Origin: Octopus bimaculoides
Lineage: Eukaryota
Length of the DNA stretch: 54,611 nucleotides
NCBI RefSeq assembly: GCF_001194135.2
Contig: NC_068993.1
Coordinates: 35,349,319 to 35,403,929 of the forward strand
Direction of reading: 5' to 3'
Shown: positions 1 through 14,610 of the stretch, piece after piece
Layout: each line of letters opens with the position of its first letter
Position numbering within the stretch: position 1 is the stretch's first letter
Notes under the pieces: generated by a model
The model's input: the letters and a program-made list of their open reading frames with translations, nothing else
What the model was told of the DNA's origin: nothing
Database searches by the model: none
Made by a program: the position numbers and the translations under genes

Positions 1-34
<34 letters not shown>

Positions 35-3000
35 GACATATGCACGTATATACATATACATATAAAGATATATACACACATATTTACATGCACATACATA
101 ATTATATTGAGCCATACTATGTGTGTATGTTTGTGTGCGTGTTTCGAGTGAGCTCTTACTGCTATTTCTAGTACATCAAAGCATCGGTGGTTCATGATAG
201 TAATGTTATTGCTGATAGTTTCTATTTTGTTGGATGGTAGCTCCGTCTCATTTTTGTTGTATAATCCCAAGCTAACTCTGAACCAGCAGACCTATGATCT
301 AAAACATTCTATTTTTCTTTTTATTACATTCTATAAATACTAAGTTTCCATTGACAACATATTCAAATGTGTTCTCTTGATCACATTAGGTTGTGACTAA
401 AAACATTCCAGCCATGACAGTATGTCCTTACACACATACTATCTAATATACCCTTCGCTTATTTATAAAAGGTATTTGAAAGACGTTCGACAGTTTTTTT
501 TTTGTAAAGGATCCAGTGACCACGTCGATGCTCCGTCCTCGTCTAGTTTTTCGTTGTTGCTGATGGTGGTAGCGGCGGCGTTGGTTGTGATAGAGGTAGT
601 ACTAGTGGCGGCAAGGGTGCTAATAGCAGCGGGGATGTTTTAGGTAGTTGTTAATGTGGAAAGAGTTAGAGTAATTGCACAAATTTTTTCAGTAATTTGT
701 GTATTCAACCTCTTCGAATTATTTTAACTGTTCCACTTATTAGGCTGGTTAGAATCGATATGAGTCATAATCACTTTAGTTGTTGGCAATTGTGTACGGA
801 CGGATCATCACAATTGCTACAAGGATCAGGGTCAGTGCCCTTTAACACCACATTAGTTTCCACAACCAGCCATATTTTCGCACGTAACACTCTTAATGTT
901 TTGCTAACAAGTGAATTTCACTTGGTATAACTTTGTAATCCAACGACCCCGTCCTCTAGACACCATCTGATTGATACATTGCTTCTGTATTGGAGCATGT
1001 AAATATAGCATCGTGGAAAATCGAGCTGATAGGACAGGATGGCTACAGTTATTAAAAGCAATTGAGTGTTTACATGTGTTCACTAATTCAGTGTTGAATT
1101 ATATTTCCATAGCTCCGATGCAAATAAAAGTTGTAACATAGTACTTCTTGTGATAGAGTAAGATATATGGTCGCTGGTTAATATGTTTACATGACGAGTT
1201 CAAATTTAACCTGTAATAAGTAACGAATTGCAAATTTCATGTAGCAATGAAACAAAATAGTTACTAAATAAACTGTCAAAGCGAACCTAAAGTAAGTGAG
1301 GTTTTGGTACGAGGCTATGTGCGTAAGGGGGTCTCGATTTTTAATTGTCTTCATTAGCCCTACATAATGAGATGAATCCAGTGCCAAAAATCGGAAATAA
1401 GGAATCATGGTAGACTGTCATACATATTTGCAATAAGAAAGACGGCTATTGTAGGAGGATATTGTAGCCGCCTGAATATACGTTTATCTGGTATCATCTG
1501 AAAGGCGGCCAATCATTAGAGGCCATATGCTTACGAGCTATTGATTCTAAATTATTACGGTCTTCATTTTCTTTAAACTTGTTGACGCGAGCTGCGATTT
1601 GGAGATGAATAGTTTCATACATGTTTGTGACTTTTTCTAAGTTCTTTGCAGACAAATATCTCCGCTGTAGATATCGTAGTTTATTGTAAACTGTTACTGA
1701 ACAATTAGGTTATTATTCTTTTGGCTAGATGGAATGGAGTATGTTACGTTCAGCACACATACTCACACAGACAGACAGATGGACATATATTTTATTTTAT
1801 TGAAGTGGAGATAATCCATTCAGTTAATTAGAACTTAGGTTTTCTCCCATCCCTTAATAAAGTAAAACAAATGGACCAATCAAAGCAGCGTTTGTAAAAT
1901 GGAGTTCCAATCATTGTGTAAAATCATTAATAGTGACTTCAATTAATTGTGCCGTTGGTCGCAATATCTCTTATGAAGACCATAGCCAGAGGAATGCTTG
2001 TACTTAGTGTAAATCTCACACACCTTAAATTATGAGAGAAAAGGATGACTGCTGCAGAAACTGTTTCGGAAACTTTTGAAAATATAAGCAAAATATATAA
2101 TCATATAATTGAAAGGAAATGTGATCAATGAGTCGTTGTCGAAAGAATTTGGAAATATGGTAGTTTAAACCAATCAATCATGGAATCAGATTTCTCTGGT
2201 GATATAATTACTTCACCGTAGTGAGAATTATTTCTGCATTAAAGTGCGTTTATGTTCAAGTAAATAATTAATGATTAAATGTCGTGGTCGTGGAAATATT
2301 ATAATGCCGATGGCATAATATAGTCTGTTTAATTTGCATCTCCCGGTATACTTAAGTTTCAAGAAAATCTTTATTTCATTCGAAATTCTCATTAATTTGG
2401 TGCGGATGATTTGTGTGTTGTCATTTAGGTTTGAGGGACTATGATAACAAGAGTTCCAGCCCTGACCACCTCTTATTTCTTTAAAGACAGACATCATGCT
2501 TTTTGTTCGCTTTCTTTTTTATGCCTTGAGAAGATTTGCTATGATTTGAGTAGAATTTTATATCTTATTGTAACCGAGTGCCCCTGTAGATCTTCGTATT
2601 TTACCTTATTCCTGGACTCATATGTATGTAACCACTGTAGTATAAAACAATTTGTATCTTTATTTACACATTCCACACATCATAAATTCGGTTAGAAAAT
2701 GGAGAAAGAAGAACTATAACAATTACTTTTCATTTACATTAATGGGAATACAGCAATTTCAGGAGGATGTATCTGTGCAAGAAACGCATAGAAGTGAGGC
2801 CCAGTTTTTTTGTTAAATGCTTTATAAAAGACATTTGTTAATTACAAAAAAGAAAATGAAGTACATTTTTTTTCTGAATAGAGTGAAGACAGAAGACAAA
2901 GCAAATGCTTTATTTAAAAAAAATGCGTTTCATCTGTGAAGAGAGGAAACGACATTCGATATCGTGAAAAGTGGTATACAGGATTTCGATATTCAAAACT

Positions 3001-3534
3001 GGTAGAGAATGCTTAATATTATCGCTTACAAGACTCAGCTTTGTCGCTGTTAAACTTTATGGAAGTAAGATCACAAGTGAAATGCTATATCTAATATGTG
3101 TACCGAATTTGGTTATTGATTTCATACATAGCCAAAAGCTCCGAAATGACAGGAAAGGGAAAATATTACAAAATATCCTTTCTAGAGGCCCTTAGCAAGT
3201 GATTGTGATTATTGATTTTACTGAACCAAAAGAAACAAAGAGTGTTTTATTTATTGATTTTATTTATTGATTGTTTGTTAATTTTATTTCTTCCATTTAA
3301 TTGTTTATTACATGGAATACGTATAAGAGGCATGAATACACTTCAAAATAGTACTGGTTATAGAGCAAACGATGTTTTTATCGACCTTTAAGCGATTTTG
3401 ATGAATAAAGTAATGAATTACTTGCTAAACAACTGGTGCTCTCTACGCATACATACATACATACATATATACATACATATATGTATATGTGTGTGTATAC
3501 ATATCTACAAATGTATGTGATTATATGCATATTC

Positions 3535-3566
<32 letters not shown>

Positions 3567-3728
3567 ATGTATTATACAAAATAAATACATACAATGAATC
3601 ATGGGTTTACCTTTCCAGAGGAAATGGTAAACCATTCAAAATAAACTATTCATATTACACATATTGAGTGTGGGCATGCTTTTTCACTAAAACTGCTACT
3701 CAGTTTAATGAAATATACAAGCATATAT

Positions 3729-3866
3729 ATTCTTTTCTACTCTAGGCACAAGGCACGAAATTTTGGGGGAGGGGTAAGTCGATTAGATGAACCCCAATAC
3801 GCAAGTGGTACTTAATTTATTGACTCTGAAAGGATGAAAGGCAAAGTCGACCTCGGTGGAATTTGA
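3729..3866 (-). mobile_element. CORE-type SINE, 3' part
   Basis: Reverse complement of the core and tail of the 45233-45420 copy (GAAAGGATGAAAGGCAAAGTCGACCTCGG; TCTTTTCTACTCTAGGCACAAGG). Confidence 0.85.
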
Positions 3867-3893
3867 TACAAGTATATATATGCATACATACAA

Positions 3894-3933
<40 letters not shown>

Positions 3934-3980
3934 ATGCATGCATGTATGCATGCATGTATGCATGCATGTATGCATAACGG

Positions 3981-4214
3981 CTTGAGCAATATGTATTTCT
4001 CGTTGTTTCAGTCCACTTAGCCGGCAAAAATGAGTTGTACCTGAAATTCAAAGGACCGGTCTTGTCACATTCGGTGTGTGAATCTCCCTTAGAACTATGG
4101 TAATGGTTCGCGTGTCGGTGGACTGCTCAGCCACTTGCACGTTAATTTCACGAGTAGGTTGTTCCGTTAATGGAATCAACTGGAATATTCGTCTTGGTAA
4201 CTGACTGAGAGCCA
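3981..4214 (+). mobile_element. tRNA-derived SINE family C, 5'-truncated
   Basis: CAGTCCACTTAGCCGGCAAAAATGAG...CTCAGCCACTTGCACGTTAATTTCACGAG; matches 10729-11028. Confidence 0.8.
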
Positions 4215-5299
4215 GGTCATGTAAAACGGCTGAATAAGTGGTAATGATTATAACACAGTTGTGTATAATTACATTTATATTGAACATGATCGTGTGCGTT
4301 TCAACAAGCAAAGACTTTCGCTATTGTAACTCTCTTCGAGAAGAAATTATCCTTATGGCCTGCTTGCAAAACAAAACTGATCTGGACGTCGTGTGACGTT
4401 AAAACGCGTGTTTCTCTTTAGTTATATTTGTTACAGACACAGAAGCTGTCGTATATAACCCATTACGAACTACAATTCTTTTGTGGAAACAGCAAAACAT
4501 AAATTTGATGGGTGTGCTAAGTATTATCAAGCTGGAAATAATTAAAGAACACAATAAGCAGCGATTATTTTAAAATAAATCTGGTACATTTATTTTTGAA
4601 TTGATCGTGCACACTCAAACATGGAAACACTAATACTGCAGTAACGGTCTCGGAGAAGAAATTCTTTTTCTAGACAATGTATGTGAAAACACACCAAACT
4701 GGGTAAAATGAGACTGTAGGACATAAGTTTCCGTATGATTACCGACCATGTGTTAGAGAAGCGGAATCCGTTCCTCATAGTGAGCTAAAGGTAATTAACT
4801 CGGGAGAGCTTTCTACAGGTTTAATATAGTGCACACCGCAACAGAAATACGTATGTGTGCCTGTGTCCAGCTGATTAATACTTAAATGGAGGGGGGATGA
4901 CTAACTGTTTACATATAAAAAGGAGCCCAATCTATTAAGAGTAGTTTAGTTTCACTTGCACATACACACACATACAAAAACTTGCACATACGCACACACA
5001 TACACACACACACACACATACACACACCCACACACACACACACACACACATAGAAACATGGTATATAACATAAACGCTTCAGATGCATTAACCTGCGAGG
5101 TTTATAATTGCTTTGTGTTAGTCTAAAAGTACACTGATGTAAATCATAGCACAGTTACAGCAACGCCCCTGTAGCAATCTGTGGTGTTTTCGGTTTCATG
5201 ACTTTCAGGTGTGCTTGCTATATATATACATGTGTGTCTGTGCGCGTGTGTGCCTATATATGTGTGCGTGTGCATATAGTTACATGTGTGTATTATCCG

Positions 5300-5303
5300 T
5301 GTA

Positions 5304-5392
<89 letters not shown>
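5300..5392. repeat. (TA)n microsatellite (one of many TA/CA/TACA tracts)
   Basis: Direct reading. Similar tracts occur at 1-31, 3446-3560, 3870-3975, 4960-5052, 6511-6538, 15855-15890, 17475-17790, 26667-26702, 33160-33430, 37190-37290, 44040-44230, 44860-45085, 46335-46600 and around most N-gaps. Confidence 0.95.
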
Positions 5393-5395
<3 letters not shown>

Positions 5396-6191
5396 TTTAG
5401 AAACATGTGTAAGCGGGCATACAGGTAGCATAACTACATGATTAGTTCAAAAACAGAACCGTAAAATTTCCATTCTAAAAATGTCCTTCAGTCGCATAAT
5501 CAATCATTTGATGTAAATTTGACAAGAAGAACAGCAAATCGGGTTAAATCATTTACAGCTTTTACTTAGGTTCATGGACGTTTTGGGAGAATCACGCCAA
5601 GGTGGATTTCAGCTTTCATTTCTCAATATACTTAACTCCTCTTCTCGGATCGATTCAATCGACTAGAGCATCACTAATATTGGTTGTATTCCTGAAGAAG
5701 AAATCGATATATTCCTTTCACTGATATTACTATCACTTATTTTCAATGACAACTAACCAAATTGTATGCAAAGAGTTGTTATAAAATGCGACACATCTGC
5801 TGAAAGATTAGCAATAATTTGATGTCATAGGAATACATTAACAACATTGGCAGCCAAGATTTGCTATTAACATCTTGAAACCTTTCATCTCAGCCTACCA
5901 TATCACATATCACAGGAGCTTGGCTTATGGTTAAATTAGAGAGCTGATAACAGTAATTGAGATTTATATGTCAGTTACCAACTACCATATTATAACACTT
6001 CCTTGAATTATATATAATTTAAATTCACTGCGTAATCCTTTCGCTGATCTATGTGTCCCTGGTACTGGTAGTCTCAGTAGACTCGGCAACAAAATATATT
6101 AGAGCGATGAACGAGGGACTCTTGAATAATAAGCGTAAAGTAGCAAATAACTTATCAACTGTAATTATGTATTTTATTATTTTCCTTCAAT

Positions 6192-6400
6192 GACGGTGAG
6201 CCTGCTGAAACGTTAGCACGCGCGTAGAACAAAATGCTTAGCGGTAGTCCATCTAGCTCATTACATTCATAAGTCAATTCCGCCGAGCTTAACTTTAACT
6301 TCCATCATTTCTGGGGCCGATAAATTAAAGTAGCAGTGTTCATGAAATGGAGTTCCCCCTCCTTAAAAAACTTACTGCTCCTGTGCCAAAATTTAAAAAC
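6192..6400 (+). mobile_element. Old CORE-type SINE
   Basis: GAAACGTTAGCACGC...AAAATGCTTAGCGG...AATTCCGCCGAG...CTGTGCCAAAATTT; diverged match to the family. Confidence 0.75.
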
Positions 6401-6507
6401 ATTACTTTTTAAAAGATTTTTAGTCTTAAAAGCCGAATGTTTAAAAGTGTTAGCTACATAAAACTCACTGATTTCATTATACCCCGCTGATTGTAAAAAT
6501 ATAACGA

Positions 6508-6538
<31 letters not shown>

Positions 6539-9450
6539 GCAGTATTAGTCCGACGTTAGCGATCTGTATACATACTTAATATATATATATATATACTGTT
6601 GAAAGTCAACCAACAGCAGTGGCGAGATTGCTATATCCCTACATCCAGATTTCTGCTTATTAGCTTCACCAGTAGCAAGTATCTACATTTCCCCCACGAC
6701 AAGCAATTACCGACCACATGCATATTTAATATAGTTAGACAGTGATTAAACGGCCACTGATCCCGCATTCAGCCAGCAGGCTGAATAAAAAGCTAATTAT
6801 TAATTGTCGATAGTACCATTACTTCTGTATCAATGATTGGTATAGATACTGATGAAGACAATAAGCAGAAATCCGGATGTAGCACTTCCACAATCGCTGC
6901 TGAGCGACCTTCGCCTGCTGCTTCATATTTATTTGTTAAAGATTATATATCTATAGAAAATGCTTTCTCGAGATGAATACTTCAGTTCAGAAGACTTTCA
7001 AAAGTACACATACTTTACGTATGCATGAAGATTGCCTGCCATTCAGGGATTTGAATTCAAAACATGAAAGCCGCAAGGCCTTTTGTTCGACAACATAGCT
7101 ATAGACTTTGAATTGTCTATTATCGTTAATATATACCTCATATAAATACATACAAAAACACGAAATTGACTATAGTGGGTTGTCTTCTACATCTGCTTCA
7201 ATAATTGACTGGTAAATACTTCATCGCACCGGAGACACTGACACGCCAAAATACCAGATAGTATTTGTCTAGTTCTTTCCTCTATCTATCATCCATCACC
7301 CACAATATTTAGAAATAATATAAAAATAAAATGATATATCACACCAATCTATTTTCTCTGACTAAGTTTTCCACTAAATATATTCCGAGTATTTGAGCTA
7401 CCCAATACATATTTTAAAGAAATATGTGTGTGTCACCAATCCATTTCAGTATATACTAAACACGCTATTTTTCTGAATTTTCGGTCATTTCGTCCTCGGA
7501 AGATAATTTTCAGAGAATAAACTCCATTATTTGAAATAGAAGGTTAGCGAATGTTTTCAGTTACAAATTACAACTTACAATGATGCTCTTTATATTAAGA
7601 GAAATAAAGAGATATGAACCAGTATAAGTTTAACGTAAGCAAGAGCAAAAGAGATCGCGTGTTATAGTTCTTTGACTTCTTTATAGTTCCACTCTTGATA
7701 TCAAATATTTATTATATTAACCCATATATAATAAGCTGGTTATTATATTTGCATTAGCAACTCTCTGGAAATGTTTATAAATGCCTCACTGCATTCTGCA
7801 CAACTGAGAACTATCGTTTAGTTAATATCGAGTGTTTGATTCGTTTGTTATCAATTATCTAGTTCGGCGCATCAATCATCTCAAAGTTTAAGCACCGAAT
7901 GATTGGGTCAATATTGCCTTCGTCCATCAGATGTCGATAAAAGTAGTAATAATATGGAATGAATCAGTCATAAACTGATTTTATGTTTAATTAAAAGAAT
8001 CTTATATATGGTTATCACATCCGTAAAATACTTAATTTCAAAAATGTTCTACTTCTTCACTGCGATTAATTAACTCACTGCATTACATCTTAACATATTT
8101 TTTATAAAGAATGAATTAAATTCTAAACATAAAATTAAGTCTCTGAAATTATGTATTTTCTTTTATGTTTGCTTATGAACAGTTTTCAAATGTAATGATT
8201 AAAATTGTTGTACGACCGCAATTTATAGTTGTTTTTGTAAAACAAATATTATTCATACTGCTGTCAATAATTTTAAGATCTGATATTTAATGAGAAAGTT
8301 TTAACGTTTACGAAACTTGTCAATGTCGCTAAAAGCAGAAACATTTCGAATAAACAATAAAAACACCGAAACTAACTTATTTTCCTCCCTTAAAACATTC
8401 GCGAAATGAACTTAGAACTTAAAATATTATTAATTGAAAACAATCGATCGATTTGAAACAAAATCTGATTAATCCGTATGAAATTTGAGCAAAATCATTA
8501 AAGAAAATAACAATTATGTATTCACGAGGGGATTCTATTTTGAGGCGTATGTTAATAAAGGAAAAGTTGTTTAGGCCCAGAGGAAATCAGATTGAATAAC
8601 ATAAATTTCTAGAAGATGTTTATATAATATTAATAACGTGTAGTAATTTAGCTTATTATAGAATATTCCGATATATATTAAATATCAAAAGTTTCCACTT
8701 GGCTTAAAGACATTAAGTATTAAATTTCAATTTCGGGGGCGTCCGTTGAATTATTGTATGTGGAGTAGAATATTTGCCACATTTATGAAAATAATGCAAT
8801 GATATTTTATGGTAAGAATGATATTTCACTGTGTACAGATTTGAAATTACCTTATTGAATTCAATTTATACTGGTACCTATCTCTCTATCATATTACTAT
8901 ACCAAACAATGAGTGATCTCCATAATTCTATGCGATAATTGTCGAAATAATAATTGAATGTTTGATTGGCTAGCTGATTACTCCAGTCAAGCTTTATAAG
9001 GAACAGAGAGAAAGAAGGATAGACTAAAAGAGAGATACAGAGAGGGTTAACACGAAAGTGTAAGATGAGTGAAAAGAATCATAGACATAGGTAATGAGGA
9101 GAGTTTTAAAACACTATTTGATTCATCGTTTTCAATCAGCACCAAGAATTTTGATAAAAGATAAATTATTATTATTATTGTTTTATGCCACATCCTGATA
9201 TTACCCATGGTAGTGTGAGTACACTTCCAAAGTTACCCGGAGTATGAAACGTAACACTATGTTATAATCACAAGTAAAAGTTAAAGTATTTAATATAGAC
9301 AATATTAATAATTTAATTAGAAATACATAAAGGGTCAGCAAAATTAAACTATATTAATAACCAATGACATATTTTCATTTTACCAATGAATAAGAGAGAA
9401 AACGTCGGATAAATTATTCTGATTCTATTGTTATGATATTTTATCTTATA

Positions 9451-9780
9451 TTTCTTTCAATCATTTGACTGCAACCATGCTGGAGCACCATCTTCAAGGA
9501 CTTTAGCCTACTTCATCGACACCAGGACTTATTTCTTTTTAAGCCTAGTACATATTCTATCGGTCTCTTTTGCTGAATCGGCTGTTAAGTGGTGGTGGGA
9601 GACAAACTCACTCAGACACACACACATAAACACACACACACACACAAACACGCACACACCGACAAGGCTTGGGTCATCCCGAGGCTCTAGTAAGAGACAT
9701 TTGCCCAAAGTGCCACGCATTGGGACAGAACCCATAACTATGTCGTAGGTAATCAAGCTTCTTACAACACAGCCGCATCT
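9451..9780 (-). mobile_element. tRNA-derived SINE family B (internal (CA)n; tail ...CAGCATGG.TGCAGTCAAATGA.TGAAA)
   Basis: Colinear with the copies at 31421, 32534 and 36048. Confidence 0.85.
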
Positions 9781-10728
9781 ACGACACTGTCAACACAAAC
9801 ATACATAATTTTAGAAGATAAACGCCATAATTAACGAAGTGAACTTTCTGAACGGAGCAGTTTATGAATATGTTAAATATGACATTATAAGATTTTAGCT
9901 TTATCCGTGGAATTCAATACCGCATAATAAGGAAACATTCAACAATTGCAGAGCGCTCCTCCCATATCCATTTGATATGTGAAAGTGAAATATATTTCCA
10001 GCCAGATTAGAACATTTCTACAGAATAATGTATATCATCCATGAACATAGAGCTGAATTAGATATATTTCCTCTGTACACTGGTTTCCATATACTTTTAT
10101 AATGTACTTTTCTAATAGATTGTGAATATCTACAAAGAAACATATTTTCTAACAAGATTCAAATGCTAAAAGTGATCTAGAAATGGGAAGAAGTAGTTTC
10201 TAGGTGAATTTGAAATGAAGATATAAATCTTCTCCCTGTACCTACTTTATCTACCGTCAACCTCGCCCTCTTCCATATTTATCATCTAGAAAGAAGGACC
10301 AATAGTGCCTATGATCCGGTACAGGGATCCTCGGAACTGGTAAGGGGCAAAGAGAAAAGTGTCCTTAAAATGGAAAGCTTACGCGAGTGCTTACAACAAA
10401 GATCGATCCGCTAAACTTACTGTTATGTCTCAACGCTACTACTATCCAGCACATTCGGATGATCTCTACTCAACCGCTACACAACTGATACTCGACTGCT
10501 ACTCAACACTACCACGGCCAGACTACCTCTATTTATATGTCTTGGGAGATCATACTTCTTCGCCTGGGGGCGTCGACACAACACTTACCCAAGATACCAG
10601 GCAGGCGAATGAACCCGAGTGCACACAACTGGGCCATATCTAGATCTGAACCCAGAAAACAAAATACTGAAACAAGGCTTTCAATTAAAGAAAAAACATT
10701 TACGATACACATATGTTTTTAGATATGT

Positions 10729-11028
10729 GAAGGCGTATGGCTTAGTGATTGGGTTATTCGGCTTACGATCCTAAGTTCAATTCCCGGCGATGTATTGTGC
10801 CCTTGGGCTTTATTTCATATTGCTCCAATCCATTCATGAGTAGTACCTGTATTTCAAAGGGCCAGCCTTGTCGCGATCTGTGTCACACTGAGTCTCCTTG
10901 AGAACTACGTTAAAGGTACACATGCCTGTGGAGTGCTCAATCACTTGCATGTTAATTTCACGCGCAGGTTGTTCTGTTGATCGGACCAACAGGAACTCTC
11001 ATTGTCATAACCGACGGAGTGCCAGTTA
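10729..11028 (+). mobile_element. SINE family C, near full length
   Basis: tRNA-like head (TGGCTTAGTGATTGG...GTTCAATTCC) plus body GTAGTACCTGTATTTCAAAGGGCCAGCCTTGTC...ACCGACGGAGTGCCA. Confidence 0.85.
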
Positions 11029-14000
11029 TATTTTCATATATTTAGACGTGCGTCCGTGTGTGTGTGTGTGTTTATTATCAGAGACGGATGTAACATTAGT
11101 TCAGAATAGCATTTGCTATATCTTACATAACGTAGATATATGTAACAAACCCACAGAAGTGCGTTGTTCTTCTTGAGAACGTATAAACGTCTAGGACAAA
11201 AAAGTAAACTGTCAGTAGCAGACGGATTTATTGCTGGATCTAGTTTCAGAGTGTCTGCAAGTCATTGATAGCAAATACACAGAAATCTTAGATCTAGCAA
11301 TTCCACTGCCGCTAGAGGATGTTTTCCTCTGCAACTGATACATCTGCGCTTTTTGACACTGTACCACTATAGGTCTGTATGGGATGCTTTCTCAAAACAG
11401 ATAACGCATTTTTATAGCTTTATTACAGTATATCCACGTTAAGTAAGCTATACAGAATAATATATATATATATATACATATATATATNNNNNNNNNNNNN
11501 NNNNNNNNNNNNNNNNNNNNNNNNNNNNNNNNNNNNNNNNNNNNNNNNNNNNNNNNNNNNNNNNNNNNNNNNNNNNNNNNNNNNNNNNNNNNNNNNNNNN
11601 NNNNTATATTGTTGACTTGTCTGGGGTTTCAGATATGCCTACTCGATTACATATTCTGTGAGTCACTACTCTGCATTTTAGCTACATCTTTCATAATGTT
11701 CCAGCGTGTTTAACATCGTTTTTCATGTCAGCCATGTGGTTCTTTACACAATTAAGTTTGTTAAATAAAGTATTTCTTAGCTTATTTTTGTTTTCTACTT
11801 TGTAGTAAAATTTCTTGTCAAACATCTAACCTTCAAATCAATGTTTCTTTATAAGTTGAAGGGCAGAAAGTCTTTCAGTGTATACGATATAGAAATACAG
11901 GAGGAAAAATAATAAAAGAGTAGAATTTAGATATGATTCAATAGTTAAGAATAGAAAAATCTAAAGTAGTCTGCCGTTTTAAGTTATCGGAATTTAGAAC
12001 GTAATTGCAAATTTCTCTTTCGTTCTACCTTGTTATATTTATATTTTACTATCATGATGGATAATGATGATTCAATCGTGTGGAATGAATGAAGTCATTT
12101 GATACACGGTTATTTGGTAATTATTAATCAAAGCGCGTCGATTTTAATATTTGATGCGTTTTTGTATGCACTGTACAATAGGGGAAATGCATAAATTTTA
12201 ACAATCTTTACATATGACAGATAATTAAAATTAATCAAGATTACCATGAAAAACTAATACTGTTAACGTGTCAGTGACCTTTTTTTAATTGAGCAGCTAA
12301 AATATATATCAAACATTCACGTCGGTCCGTTTGGTTTGATAAAGTGATCGACAATTTCACAATTATAGTCCAACTGATCCAGTTTCTTTCCTATCCAAGA
12401 TGAAATCGTAGAAACATAATAGATATTTACAGCACTCCCAGTATATTTCAATAACTTTGATTAATGTATATATACTATAGCACTTACGATCAATGCATTT
12501 GCCCTGTAGTATTGTCTGTATTGAAAACTGAATCTGCTAAAGCGTCGTTAATCGTTATATTTGGCAGACTTAAATATTAACAGCAAAAGCATAACTACTG
12601 TTTTGCAATATTTTCGCTATGTTATATTTTCTTCCTTAGCTTAGCACGGATTTGGACATATTAAGTATCTATTTTATCCTGGAACAGTGAATCTTAATCT
12701 AACGAAGATTTGATATTTTTTAAGATAATCCGATCATTTCCACCAATAAAAAATTACCTGCATAGATTTTAATTTAACAACTTATTTGAATATATTGCCT
12801 TTATTATGTATATCTTGACTAAAGTATATACAGTGTTTCGATCTAGTAATCATAAAGTATTTATAACAAATATCTACATGATCAGTAAGAAATATTGAAT
12901 GGAAGTTAAAGTCATCATTGCTAGGAAGCGAAACAAAAGAATTCGCTCTAGAGATTTGTTTTATTAATTATTCTAGTAAAACATAGCAATATATTTTCAT
13001 AAACATAACAATATATTTTCACCGACGTATTTTGAGACAGTTCCTGTAATTTTCTAAAACACTTACCACTAAAGATATAAAATTCCGGAGAATTCAGAAA
13101 GATTTTTTTAATGTTGTAGAAAAAGATCTTTTAATAAAGTAATAACAACTAATAAAATAAAAAGTTTTAGAAGCTATAATATATAGTCGGAAAGACAATT
13201 GGTATAGAAATAAAACAAGTCTAAGCTATATTTGAAGATGAAAATGTTCCGTATCAAATATTCAGTCAAATAAACAACCAAAATAGCAACATGATTCTAA
13301 AGATAGTAAATGCGGTGAAGATAGTGAATTTTCAAAGATTGACGGGACTAAGAGGGTACAGGGATAAATGAATATAAAGCTATTAAATCAATAAACCTTC
13401 CCAAAACATATAAGTAAGCATGTTGTATAAAAATAGACGTTTCTTAATTCGGAGAATCTCTGTTAGGTGAAAACAAAATATTTTCAGTTGATAACGCTAA
13501 TACAAAATAATTTTATGCAATTTAATTTCTTTCATATTTCTCATTGAAAAATGAAAAGTAAAGCTGAGTGTTTTCCGAAATTGTGAAGTTCTTTTATCAA
13601 CATTTTGAAGTATATAGTTTTTGCCTTCAGAAATATGTAAAGTTAAAACACTTCGGGAATTCAAGATTCATTTCACTTATCCTTTCTATACAAAGGCTGA
13701 CGTGGACAAAATAAATTGTTGTTTGAGTGAAATTATTACAAACAGAATATCACACGTCTTACAGTGAAGCAAGTCGTTGCTACAAGCCTAAATTGGGGTT
13801 AGGTTCAGCGTAGGGTACATTATAACGCCACCATCTCAGTAGAAGAGAAGTATTTTGTTAAGATTACATTATTATCGTATCAGAGCTTCTTTATTTACTA
13901 CCCTTCAACCATATTTATCTCAAGTTAATGCAGAAACTTTTCAATCAAGCTGAAAGGTTTCGGTAGTTTTCATATTTCCAAATAAAATATTTAGTTTAGA

Positions 14001-14331
14001 AATTGTGAGCTTCCTTAGTAAATACCTAAGTCAGGAATGAATATCTTTGTGTGTTGAATATCTAGCAGAAATTTATAAGAATAGAGTAGGAATTAACTTG
14101 TGTATAGTGCAGTGTACAATGTATATACTGAAGCCATTTCTACATGGCACTAGTTGTAATATATTCAGCGAGACTAGTTGCAATATACATCAACCAACCA
14201 CACAATTACGAGTCGTATCACTCTAACACAAAACACGCATGGAATTCGGAAGCTGCCCCAGTTGTGGGTAAAGAATTAAAGTGGCGGTCAAAATAGTTTA
14301 CATGATTTTCTTAAGAAGGATTAGAATATGA

Positions 14332-14610
14332 TTGTGGAGAGGCCCTTTAAGTACAGATGTGGTGGACTATGTTCTTGTGTATTTTGCAGGGAAGAGAAAT
14401 GCGTCTCATTATGTCGCACTTTTTAATGAAATGGAAGATGTTGAGAGAACAAATTCTCGAAAACTTTTCCGATCAAAGAATTTGAATGTCTTAAATACAC
14501 AATTCTATGTAATGCTAGAAGTAAGTAATGTAGATATCGTAGTTATTCAGCCTGCAAAGTACAACTGTGAAAGAACAAGGCGCCATGAACGGAAACTTGT
14601 TTCCTGTTGA
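14332..14610 (+). mobile_element. Possible pogo/Tigger-like transposase C-terminal relic
   Basis: VDYVLVYFAGKRNASHYVA...DIVVIQPAKYNCERTRR resembles the C-terminal domain of pogo-like transposases as I recall it. No catalytic motif or TIR seen. Confidence 0.35.

Noticed and set aside
760-2700. Protein-like patches, including CxxC..H knuckle-like words (minus 780-900) and the 89-aa ORF 2228-2497
   Set aside because: Fragmented across frames and strands, no recognisable family, no splice or terminal-repeat support. A BLASTX would be needed.
5520-5900. Plus-strand frame with few stops (QEEQQIGLNHLQLLLRFMDV…)
   Set aside because: Still interrupted, no motif or homology recognised; compatible with chance.
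11290-11410. Minus-strand CVICFEKASH…RCISCRGKH resembling BEL/Pao gag knuckles
   Set aside because: Too short, contains a stop, and there is no adjacent protease/RT or LTR.
14390-14520. 131-nt open segment with good acceptor (TTTTGCAG) and donor (GTAAGT) as a host exon
   Set aside because: The transposase-like protein similarity extends past both putative splice sites, so a TE relic is the simpler reading. Not excluded without RNA data.
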